From NCBI GenBank assembly GCA_904502215.1, contig CAJGDQ010000001.1, positions 1 to 26,172 on the forward strand: a stretch of 26,172 bases of DNA, given 5' to 3'. The notes beneath the pieces were generated by a model, which saw only the letters and a program-made list of their open reading frames with translations, was not told where the DNA came from and did not search any database. Source of the stretch: Clostridiaceae bacterium (GTDB lineage: Bacteria > Bacillota > Clostridia > Oscillospirales > Acutalibacteraceae). The translations under genes and the position numbers were made by a program. This document shows, in pieces, positions 6,706 through 14,599 of the stretch (positions are counted from its first letter, which is position 1; the number at the start of each line of letters is the position of its first letter).

Positions 6706-7260
6706 ATGTTTAGCGATGATTTTGGAAGAAAATGTTGTTTCACGGGGTATAGACCATCTAAATTTCCTTTCAGCTTAGATAGGGAAGATAAGGATTATAA
6801 AAGGTTTGAAAATTCCCTTATTGATGGCATTATGTCATTGGCTCGTGATAACTGCCGTGTTTTTTATAGCGGTATGGCTATGGGTTTTGATATAATAGCG
6901 GCTGAAATTGTTTTAATGCTTAAGGATACCTATGAAACCCCATTAAAGCTTATTTGCGTTTTGCCTTTTGAAAATCAAAGTGAGGCATATACTTCTTATT
7001 GGCGCAAACGCTATGAGAAAATTCTAAGAAGAGCCGATGAGGTTATTGTTTTAGATAAAGAATATAGTCAGGGTTGCTATCAAAAACGTAATGTTTATAT
7101 GGTTGATAACAGTGATTATGTTTTAACCTGGTATGATGGTAAGTTTGGGGGAACAAGAAACACCCTTGATTATGCCGCTGAAAAGGGAAGATATATCTTT
7201 AATGTTAACGGTAAGGGCGCCGATAGTTTTGGTGTTCAAACAAGCATGGAAATACTTTAA
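6706..7260 (+). CDS. YpsA/DUF1273 family SLOG protein
   Basis: CCFTGYRP, SGMAMGFD, CVLPFENQ...W, YQKRNVYMVDNS and GGTRNT motifs. Confidence 0.9.
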   Translation: MFSDDFGRKCCFTGYRPSKFPFSLDREDKDYKRFENSLIDGIMSLARDNCRVFYSGMAMGFDIIAAEIVLMLKDTYETPLKLICVLPFENQSEAYTSYWRKRYEKILRRADEVIVLDKEYSQGCYQKRNVYMVDNSDYVLTWYDGKFGGTRNTLDYAAEKGRYIFNVNGKGADSFGVQTSMEIL

Positions 7261-7263
7261 TAA

Positions 7264-7304
7264 AGAACCTTTGCTAAATTTTTAGCAAGGGTTCTATTTT
7301 TTTT
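7264..7304 (+). terminator. Intrinsic terminator after the SLOG gene
   Basis: AGAACCTTTGCTAAA / TTTAGCAAGGGTTCT stem followed by ATTTTTTTT. Confidence 0.85.
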
Positions 7305-7324
7305 ATAAATATTTATAAATTGTA

Positions 7325-7367
7325 TTGACAAAGGGAAATTATAGCAGTATAATTGTATACAATTATA
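7325..7367 (+). promoter_or_regulatory. Consensus sigmaA promoter overlapped by a GntR/FadR-type palindromic operator
   Basis: TTGACA (7325-7330)-N17-TATAAT (7348-7353). Perfect 20-bp palindrome TATAATTGTATACAATTATA (7348-7367) with core TTGTATACAA. Confidence 0.85.
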
Positions 7368-7381
7368 CAAGAGGTGATACT

Positions 7382-8746
7382 ATGCTAGAACTTTCTAACA
7401 CTACGAATTTATTAGAGCAGGATACATATAAGTATTCTCTTCAAGATGTTAAAGACCCTAATTTATATAGGGATTTTTATAGCTATGAGGATATTCCGAA
7501 GATTGCTTTTAACCATCGCAGAGTGCCGATGGGTATGCCTAAGGATATTTGGATAACCGATACTTCTTTAAGGGATGGTCAGCAATCGGTTGAGCCTTAT
7601 ACAGTTAAGCAAATAGTTGACCTTTATAAGCTTATGTCCAAGCTTGGCGGACCTTACGGAATTATCCGTCAAACAGAATTTTTTGTTTATAGCAAAAAGG
7701 ATAGGGAAGCTATTACAAAATGTCAGGAATTAGGGCTTAAATTCCCTGAGATTACAACCTGGATTAGAGCAAGCAAGGAAGACTTCAAGCTTGTTAAGGA
7801 TTTAGGAATTAGAGAAACGGGAATTTTGGTATCTTGCAGTGATTACCATATTTTTAAGAAGCTCAAGAAAACCAGAAAAGAAGCTATGGATTCATATCTT
7901 GCCACCGTTGCTGAGGCTTTTGAGGCGGGTGTAATGCCAAGATGCCATCTTGAAGATATAACAAGAGCGGATTTTTATGGCTTTGTTGTTCCTTTTGTTA
8001 ATGAGCTTATGAAGATGTCAAGAGATGCAGGTATTCCTGTTAGAATAAGGGCTTGCGATACTATGGGTTATGGCGTTCCTTTCAGTGAAGTGGCGCTTCC
8101 TCGTAGTGTTCCCGGTATTATATATGGTTTACAGCATTATTCCGATGTTCCGAGTGAAATGCTTGAATGGCACGGTCATAATGATTTCTATAAGGCTGTT
8201 GCCAATGCTTCAACCGCTTGGCTTTATGGCGCATCTGCAGTTAACTGCTCATTACTTGGAATAGGTGAAAGAACAGGTAACGTTCCGCTTGAGGCTATGA
8301 TTATGGAGTATGCATCTCTCAGAGGCTCGCTTGACGGAATGGATACCTCTGTTATCACTGAAATTGCCGAATATTTCCAAAATGAAATGGGATATAAAAT
8401 TCCGCCTATGACTCCCTTTGTTGGAAGAAATTTCAACGTTACAAGGGCAGGTATTCACGCTGACGGACTTTTAAAGGATGAAGAAATTTATAATATTTTT
8501 AATACCGATAAAATTCTTAATCGTCCGGCTTCAGTATCAATTGGTAAAACCAGCGGTCTCGCAGGAATTGCTTATTGGATAAATACCAATTACCGTTTAA
8601 GCGGAGATAAAGCTATAGATAAGAGAGACCCGTTGGTTATTGCTATCAAAGAATGGGTTGATAAAGAGTATGAGGATGGCAGACAAACTGCCATTTCGAA
8701 TGGAGAGCTTGAAAATAAAATTGCCGAATTTGGAGGTAAGTTTTAA
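7382..8746 (+). CDS. Re-citrate synthase (DRE-TIM metallolyase, isopropylmalate synthase-like)
   Basis: IWITDTSLRDGQQ, EWHGHNDF, GIGERTGN and TRAGIHADG motifs; cotranscribed with aconitase and IDH. RBS GAGGTG supports ATG 7382 rather than TTG 7325. Confidence 0.85.
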   Translation: MLELSNTTNLLEQDTYKYSLQDVKDPNLYRDFYSYEDIPKIAFNHRRVPMGMPKDIWITDTSLRDGQQSVEPYTVKQIVDLYKLMSKLGGPYGIIRQTEFFVYSKKDREAITKCQELGLKFPEITTWIRASKEDFKLVKDLGIRETGILVSCSDYHIFKKLKKTRKEAMDSYLATVAEAFEAGVMPRCHLEDITRADFYGFVVPFVNELMKMSRDAGIPVRIRACDTMGYGVPFSEVALPRSVPGIIYGLQHYSDVPSEMLEWHGHNDFYKAVANASTAWLYGASAVNCSLLGIGERTGNVPLEAMIMEYASLRGSLDGMDTSVITEIAEYFQNEMGYKIPPMTPFVGRNFNVTRAGIHADGLLKDEEIYNIFNTDKILNRPASVSIGKTSGLAGIAYWINTNYRLSGDKAIDKRDPLVIAIKEWVDKEYEDGRQTAISNGELENKIAEFGGKF

Positions 8747-9387
8747 TGATGCAGCATAAAACAGTTTCCCTTGCTGACCAGGTTTTTGAACATCTCGAAA
8801 CTGATATTTTAAGCGGAAAATATGCAAGAGGTGAAATTTTAACCGAAAGCAAGTTAAGTGCTGAATTAGGAGTTAGCAGAACTCCTATAAGAGAGGCGCT
8901 CAGAAGACTTGAGCAAGAACATATAATTGAGGAATCGGGCAAGGGCTCGATTGTTATAGGCATTACTGAAAACGACCTTATTGATATCTTTTTAATCAGA
9001 GAAAAGCTTGAATGTATGGCGGCTTCTTTGGCGGCCGAAAGATGCACCGAGGAACAATTAGCAGAGCTTAAAGAAACCTTGGAATTTCAAGAGTTTTATC
9101 TTTCGAAACAGGATGCTGAGCATATAAAATTGATGGATAATAAATTCCATAGAACTTTATATCGTCTTACAGGAAGTATGACCTTTTATGATACCTTGGT
9201 TCCTCTTCATAAGAAGATTCAAAAATATAGAAGAGCCTCGGTTGAAAGTAAAAGCAGGGCTAATGCTTCGGTTTTAGAGCATCGCAAAATTTTTGAGGCA
9301 ATAGCCGAGAAAAATAGCGAGCTAGCAGCAAAATATGCTAAAGAACACGTTGAAAATGCATATAATCACATAATGGGAAGGGATTAA
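8746..9387 (+). CDS. GntR-family (FadR/FCD) transcriptional regulator
   Basis: HTH LSAELGVSRTPIREAL and an FCD domain (DNKFH...EH..I..AI...H). TAATG coupling to the upstream gene. Confidence 0.95.
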   Translation: MMQHKTVSLADQVFEHLETDILSGKYARGEILTESKLSAELGVSRTPIREALRRLEQEHIIEESGKGSIVIGITENDLIDIFLIREKLECMAASLAAERCTEEQLAELKETLEFQEFYLSKQDAEHIKLMDNKFHRTLYRLTGSMTFYDTLVPLHKKIQKYRRASVESKSRANASVLEHRKIFEAIAEKNSELAAKYAKEHVENAYNHIMGRD

Positions 9388-9388
9388 A

Positions 9389-11317
9389 ATGGGTTTAACA
9401 ATAGCACAAAAAATTATAAAAGCTCATATGCTGAGCGGGGATATGACTGTTGGCAGTGAGGTGGCCCTCAAAATCGACCAAACCTTAACACAGGATGCCA
9501 CAGGAACTATGGCATACCTTGAATTTGAAACTATGGGATTAGATAGAGTTAAAACTGAAAAAAGTGTTGCTTATATCGACCATAATACACTTCAGTCGGG
9601 CTTTGAAAATGCCGATGACCATAGATATATTCAGTCGGTTGCCAAAAAGCACGGAATTTATTTTTCCCGTCCCGGTAACGGTATTTGCCATCAGGTTCAT
9701 CTTGAGCGCTTTGGAAAACCCGGCAAAACCCTTATAGGCTCTGATAGCCATACCCCAACAGGCGGTGGTATCGGTATGCTTGCTATGGGTGCGGGAGGTC
9801 TTGATGTTGCTGTTGCTATGGGTGGCGGCGCATATTATATAACAATGCCCAAAATGTATAAGGTTAATTTAACAGGAAAGCTCAATCCCTTTGTAACTGC
9901 TAAGGATATAAGCCTTGAAATACTTCGTATTTTATCGGTTAAGGGCGGTGTTGGCGCTATAATTGAATGGGGCGGTGAGGGTATTAAAAACCTTTCTGTT
10001 CCCGAAAGAGCAACCATTACAAATATGGGAACCGAGCTTGGAGCTACAACCTCAATTTTCCCATCCGATGAAGTAACCAAAAAGTTTTTAGAGGCTGAGG
10101 GTAGAGGTGAGGATTATATCGAGCTTAAGAGCGATGAAGATGCCGTTTATGACAAGGTTATTGATATTAACCTTTCAGAGCTAAAACCCCTTATTGCTTG
10201 TCCTCATAGTCCTGATAACATTGTAACTGTTGAGTCCTTAAAAGGCACTAAGGTAGACCAGGTTTGCATCGGCTCTTGCACCAACTCTTCACTTTTGGAT
10301 ATGTTGAAGGTTGCGGCACTTTTAAAGGGCAAAGTTATTGACCCATCGGTTAGCCTTTCTATATCGCCAGGTTCTAAGCAGGTGCTTAAAATGCTTGCTG
10401 ATAGCGGTGCTTTAACCGATATTCTAGCTTCAGGCGCAAGGCTTTTGGAATGTGCTTGCGGACCTTGTATCGGTATGGGCTTTTCTCCTAATTCAGCAGG
10501 TGTTTCACTTAGAACATTCAACAGAAACTTTGAGGGTAGAAGCGGAACTAAGGATGCAAGTGTTTACCTCGTTTCTCCCGAAACTGCAGTAGCGGCAGCG
10601 CTCACAGGAGAAATAACCGACCCAAGACTTTTGGGTGATATGCCCGAGATAAAGATGCCTGAAAGCTTTGTGATAGATGATAGTGCTGTTATCGCACCCG
10701 CTTCACCTGAGGAGGCTGAAAGCCTTGAGGTTATGAGAGGTCCTAACATTAAGCCTTTCCCAAAATCTATGCCTCAGGAAGATACTCTTTCAGCAGAGAT
10801 TGCTTTAAAGGTTGGCGATAATATAACAACCGACCATATTATGCCTGCAGGCGCTAAGATTTTGCCTTATCGTTCAAATATTCCGCATTTATCTCAGTTT
10901 TGCTTTGGCGTTTGTGATACTTCCTTCCCCGAAAGAGCAAAGGCGTTAGGTCAAAGCATTATCGTTGGTGGCAGTAACTATGGTCAAGGCTCTTCGAGAG
11001 AACACGCCGCTTTGGTTCCTATGTATTTAGGGGTTCGTGCAGTTATAACCAAGAGCTTTGCCAGAATACATATTGCAAACCTTATTAATGCGGGAATTAT
11101 GCCTTTAACCTTTAAAAATGCCGATGATTATGATAAGCTCAATCAGTCGGACAAGCTAACCCTTTCAAATGTTTTCGAGGGTATGGATAAGGGCGAAATT
11201 ATCCTTAAGAATGAAACAACAGGCAAGGAAATAGAGCTTACTTGCTCCTTCACTGAAAGACAAAAAGCAATTCTTAAAGCAGGCGGACTTTTAGCTTATA
11301 CAAAGGAAGGCAAATAA
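9389..11317 (+). CDS. Aconitate hydratase
   Basis: DQTLTQDATG, GICHQVH, GSDSHT, IGSCTN, CGPCIG, RNFEGR, ITTDHI and GQGSSREHA motifs; 642-aa single chain. Confidence 0.93.
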   Translation: MGLTIAQKIIKAHMLSGDMTVGSEVALKIDQTLTQDATGTMAYLEFETMGLDRVKTEKSVAYIDHNTLQSGFENADDHRYIQSVAKKHGIYFSRPGNGICHQVHLERFGKPGKTLIGSDSHTPTGGGIGMLAMGAGGLDVAVAMGGGAYYITMPKMYKVNLTGKLNPFVTAKDISLEILRILSVKGGVGAIIEWGGEGIKNLSVPERATITNMGTELGATTSIFPSDEVTKKFLEAEGRGEDYIELKSDEDAVYDKVIDINLSELKPLIACPHSPDNIVTVESLKGTKVDQVCIGSCTNSSLLDMLKVAALLKGKVIDPSVSLSISPGSKQVLKMLADSGALTDILASGARLLECACGPCIGMGFSPNSAGVSLRTFNRNFEGRSGTKDASVYLVSPETAVAAALTGEITDPRLLGDMPEIKMPESFVIDDSAVIAPASPEEAESLEVMRGPNIKPFPKSMPQEDTLSAEIALKVGDNITTDHIMPAGAKILPYRSNIPHLSQFCFGVCDTSFPERAKALGQSIIVGGSNYGQGSSREHAALVPMYLGVRAVITKSFARIHIANLINAGIMPLTFKNADDYDKLNQSDKLTLSNVFEGMDKGEIILKNETTGKEIELTCSFTERQKAILKAGGLLAYTKEGK

Positions 11318-11318
11318 T

Positions 11319-12470
11319 ATGAAACAGTATATAGATAGCGCTGTTGAGCAGTTTCGCACTCTTTTAGAGGAGCAAATTGCCCGTCAGCAAAGAATGGAAA
11401 AAGAATCGGGCGCAACCGATTTTAATTCACTTGATAAGATAGTTATCGGCATTTGCGGCGGAGATGGAATAGGCCCTATTATCTCTAAGGAATCCGAAAG
11501 ACTTTTAAGATTTATTCTTAAAGATGAAGTTGCAAACGGTAGGGTTGAGCTTCGAAATATTGAAGGCTTAACTATCGAAAACCGAATTGAGAAAAACAAG
11601 GCAATTCCCGATGATGTTTTAGCAGAAATTAAGGCTTGTAATGTTATTTTAAAGGGTCCTACAACCACTTTAAAAGGCGGCACTCTTGAAAGTGCAAACG
11701 TTGCTATGAGAAGAGAACTTGACCTTTATGCCAATGTTCGTCCTGTTCAGGTTCCTGATGAAAATATTGATTGGATTTTCTTCCGTGAGAATACTGAGGG
11801 TGAATATGTTCTCGGTAGCCGAGGGGTTGAAATTCCTGATACCTTAGCTTTTGATTTTAAGGTTACAACCAATGCAGGAACCGAGAGAATTGCCCGTAAA
11901 GCTTTCGAATATGCTCGTGCTAACGGAAAAACCAATGTTGCCATTGTTACTAAAGCAAATATTATGAAAAAGACTGATGGTAAATTCTCTGAAATAGCTC
12001 ATAAGGTGGCTTTAGAATACCCCGAAATTGAGGTTGAGGAATGGTATATTGATATTATGACCGCAAACCTTGTTAACGAGCAAATTCGCTCAAAGTTTCA
12101 GGTTGTTTTGCTTCCTAATCTTTATGGTGATATTATCACTGATGAAGCGGCTCAAATTCAGGGCGGTGTTGGAACTGCAGGAAGCGCTAATATGGGTGAT
12201 AAATATGCTATGTTTGAGGCGATTCACGGCTCAGCACCCCGTATGATTGAACAGGGAATAGGCGATTATGCTAACCCGACAAGCATTTTCAAGGCAGTTG
12301 AGATGATGCTTCGCCATATCGGTATGAGTGATAAAGCTGAAAAGCTTGCAAAGGCTTTAAGCATTTGCACCGAAACCGAGAAAAAGGTAATAGTTACAGG
12401 CGATAAAGATGGCGCAACCTGTGCCGAGTTTGGCGATTATGTTATGAAAACTCTTGAAAAATTAGTATAA
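11319..12470 (+). CDS. icd: Isocitrate dehydrogenase (isocitrate/isopropylmalate dehydrogenase family)
   Basis: GDGIGP, SANVAMRRELDLYANVRP (the S-x-N pattern typical of isocitrate specificity), RENTEGEY, NLYGDIITD and FEAIHGSAP; operon context. Confidence 0.85.
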   Translation: MKQYIDSAVEQFRTLLEEQIARQQRMEKESGATDFNSLDKIVIGICGGDGIGPIISKESERLLRFILKDEVANGRVELRNIEGLTIENRIEKNKAIPDDVLAEIKACNVILKGPTTTLKGGTLESANVAMRRELDLYANVRPVQVPDENIDWIFFRENTEGEYVLGSRGVEIPDTLAFDFKVTTNAGTERIARKAFEYARANGKTNVAIVTKANIMKKTDGKFSEIAHKVALEYPEIEVEEWYIDIMTANLVNEQIRSKFQVVLLPNLYGDIITDEAAQIQGGVGTAGSANMGDKYAMFEAIHGSAPRMIEQGIGDYANPTSIFKAVEMMLRHIGMSDKAEKLAKALSICTETEKKVIVTGDKDGATCAEFGDYVMKTLEKLV

Positions 12471-12475
12471 ATTAT

Positions 12476-12504
12476 CTCCTCCCGTTTGGGAGGAGTTTTA
12501 TTTT
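12476..12504 (+). terminator. Intrinsic terminator of the citrate operon
   Basis: CTCCTCCC-GTTT-GGGAGGAG-TTTTATTTT. Confidence 0.85.
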
Positions 12505-12514
12505 GCAAAAATTG

Positions 12515-12543
12515 TTGCAAAACCGCTTAAATAGTGATAAAAT
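12515..12543 (+). promoter_or_regulatory. sigmaA promoter of the recJ-rel operon
   Basis: TTGCAA (12515-12520)-N17-TGa-TAAAAT (12538-12543). Confidence 0.6.
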
Positions 12544-12580
12544 TATATAAATATATTGTATATTTTCAGGAGGTGTAATA

Positions 12581-14599
12581 ATGGGACTTAAAAAATGGTG
12601 CGTTTCAGAGTATAATAAGGAGCTTGCCAAGTCATTAGCATATGAATGCGAGGTAGACCCCATTGTTGCACTAATTGCTTCTGCCAGGGGTTATGAGGAC
12701 CCAACTGAGCTTGAACAGTTTATATCTGATGAACCCTATTTTTCGGATTTTTATCAGTGCGCCGATATTATAAAAGCCGCTGAGATTGTTAATGAAGCAA
12801 TAAAGAATAATGAAAAGATTGCAATTTACGGTGATTATGATTGCGATGGAGTATCGGCTACTGCTTTGCTTTTCGGTTACCTAAAAAGCAAAAATGCAAA
12901 TTGTATTTACTATATTCCCGACCGTTTTGAAGAGGGATACGGTATGAACGAGCAGGCCGTTCGTTATCTTAAAGAGCAAAATGTTGAACTCATTGTAACG
13001 GTTGATAATGGAATCTCAAGCATTGAAGAAATAGCTTTGGCTAACAGTCTTGGAATAAAAACTGTTGTTACTGACCATCATTTACCTGGGGAAGTATTGC
13101 CTGAAGCTGAGGCGGTGGTTAATCCTCATAGAAAGGATTGCCTTAGTGACTATAAAACAGTTTGCGGAGCTGAGGTGGCTTTTCGCCTTGTTTGTGTCAT
13201 GGAAAACAAGGAGCCTGAGGAATTGATTTTCCAGTATGCCGATTTGTTGGCATTGGCAACCGTTGCCGATGTTATGCCTTTAACACTTGAAAACCGCACC
13301 ATTGTTAAATGCGGCGTTCAAAAGCTTTTAAATTCTCCAAATATTGGACTTTCAGCACTTTTAAGTGTTGCGGGAATTGCTCAGGATAGCGTTAATTCTG
13401 CCAGAATTGCATTCGGTTTATCTCCAAGAATTAATGCGGCAGGAAGAATGGGTAAGGCTGATAGAGCAGTTCAGTTATTGCTTTGCCAAAATATGATGGA
13501 AGCTTTAAATATTGCAAATGAAATTGATGCCGAAAATTCCGCCCGTCAGCAAATTGAGAGAAAGATTTGCGAAGAGGTTATAGATATTGTTGAAGCCAAG
13601 GGCTATAAACACGATAGAGTTATCGTTGTAGTGGGTGAAGGTTGGCATCACGGCGTTGTTGGTATTGTTGCTTCAAGAATTAGCGAGAGATATGGAGTTC
13701 CTTGTATTATCCTTTCTTCCGAGGGTGATATTTCTTGCGGCTCGGGAAGAAGCTTTGAAGGCTTTTCGCTTTATAATGCTATAAACGCTGTTAAGGATTT
13801 AACTGTTAAGTTTGGCGGTCATGAGCAGGCGGCAGGTATTACTCTTAAAACTGAGGATATTGACGAGTTTAGAAAGCGTATAAATGAATATGCAAGAGGT
13901 TGTGAATTTGCAACTCCTAAATTAAGTCTTGATTGCAAACTCAATCCTTCGGCTTTATCACTTGATTTGGCATTTGCCCTAAATGTTTTAGAACCTTATG
14001 GCAACGCAAACCAAATTCCGCTTTTTGGAGTTTTCGGAGCTAGACTTGATAGAATCACCCCTATTGGAAATAACAAGCATTTAAGACTTTTGTTTTCAAA
14101 AGGCTCAAATTCTTTCCAAGCCTTGCTTTTTGGAGTTAAGAGTGAGGAGTTTTGTTTTGAAATCGGCGATGTTCTTGATTTGGCGGTTAATATCGATGCT
14201 AACTATTTCAAGGGCGAATATTCGGTTTCGGTTCAAATAAAGGCTATCAGATTGAGCGCAACTGATGATGAAAAGTTATTTAATGATTTAAAAGATTATA
14301 ATGATTTTATGTCCGGCAACCTGCAAGATGCTAATTCCTTGTTACCAACACGTGAAGAGGTTGGCGAGGTTTATAGATATATTTTAGAAAAAAGTGTTTT
14401 GGAAGAAAGAGTTAAATATTTATTCCGAAATAAAATTGGTTTTGGAAAAACCTTAGTTGCAATTAAAACACTAGAGGAATTAGGTCTTATTGAAAATATA
14501 TCGGGAAGGCTTAGTGGCGTTTATGGGGCTGTAAAAACAAGCCTTATGAATTCTAAAACCTTTAAAACTTTAAGTGAAAGGAGCGGTGTTTATGAATGA
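12581..14599 (+). CDS. recJ: Single-stranded-DNA-specific exonuclease RecJ
   Basis: YGDYDCDG, TVDNG, TDHH, PRINAAGR, GSGRS and FGGH..AAG motifs. Confidence 0.96.
   Translation: MGLKKWCVSEYNKELAKSLAYECEVDPIVALIASARGYEDPTELEQFISDEPYFSDFYQCADIIKAAEIVNEAIKNNEKIAIYGDYDCDGVSATALLFGYLKSKNANCIYYIPDRFEEGYGMNEQAVRYLKEQNVELIVTVDNGISSIEEIALANSLGIKTVVTDHHLPGEVLPEAEAVVNPHRKDCLSDYKTVCGAEVAFRLVCVMENKEPEELIFQYADLLALATVADVMPLTLENRTIVKCGVQKLLNSPNIGLSALLSVAGIAQDSVNSARIAFGLSPRINAAGRMGKADRAVQLLLCQNMMEALNIANEIDAENSARQQIERKICEEVIDIVEAKGYKHDRVIVVVGEGWHHGVVGIVASRISERYGVPCIILSSEGDISCGSGRSFEGFSLYNAINAVKDLTVKFGGHEQAAGITLKTEDIDEFRKRINEYARGCEFATPKLSLDCKLNPSALSLDLAFALNVLEPYGNANQIPLFGVFGARLDRITPIGNNKHLRLLFSKGSNSFQALLFGVKSEEFCFEIGDVLDLAVNIDANYFKGEYSVSVQIKAIRLSATDDEKLFNDLKDYNDFMSGNLQDANSLLPTREEVGEVYRYILEKSVLEERVKYLFRNKIGFGKTLVAIKTLEELGLIENISGRLSGVYGAVKTSLMNSKTFKTLSERSGVYE

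Noticed and set aside
6706..7260. SLOG gene as part of an anti-phage defence system
   Set aside because: It is a stand-alone YpsA-type gene with no TIR, Sir2 or effector partner and no defence-island context.
7302..7319. Perfect 18-bp palindrome TTTATAAATATTTATAAA upstream of the citrate synthase -35
   Set aside because: It is pure A/T and partly formed by the terminator U-tract; most simply a UP-element-like or low-complexity sequence.
7325..7381. ORF-track upstream starts (also 638, 2089, 14574, 17193, 22054, 22784)
   Set aside because: These extensions run through promoter/RBS sequence (the TTG at 7325 is the -35 box). Downstream starts have proper Shine-Dalgarno spacing.
7382..12470. 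Leucine (leuA/leuCD/leuB) or homocitrate-lysine pathway interpretation
   Set aside because: The synthase matches the Re-citrate synthase pattern and lacks the LeuA regulatory domain, the hydratase is a single-chain aconitase, and the dehydrogenase has the S-x-N isocitrate motif.
2628..12490. Identical CCCGTTTGGG core in two terminators (2628-2637 and 12481-12490) as a possible repeat element
   Set aside because: It is only 10 bp and self-complementary, the flanking stems differ, and there is no sign of a REP/MITE family.
12501..12522. Inverted repeat TTTTGCAA-N6-TTGCAAAA over the recJ -35
   Set aside because: It is built from the terminator U-tract and the -35 hexamer. It is not a LexA box and has no identifiable regulator.
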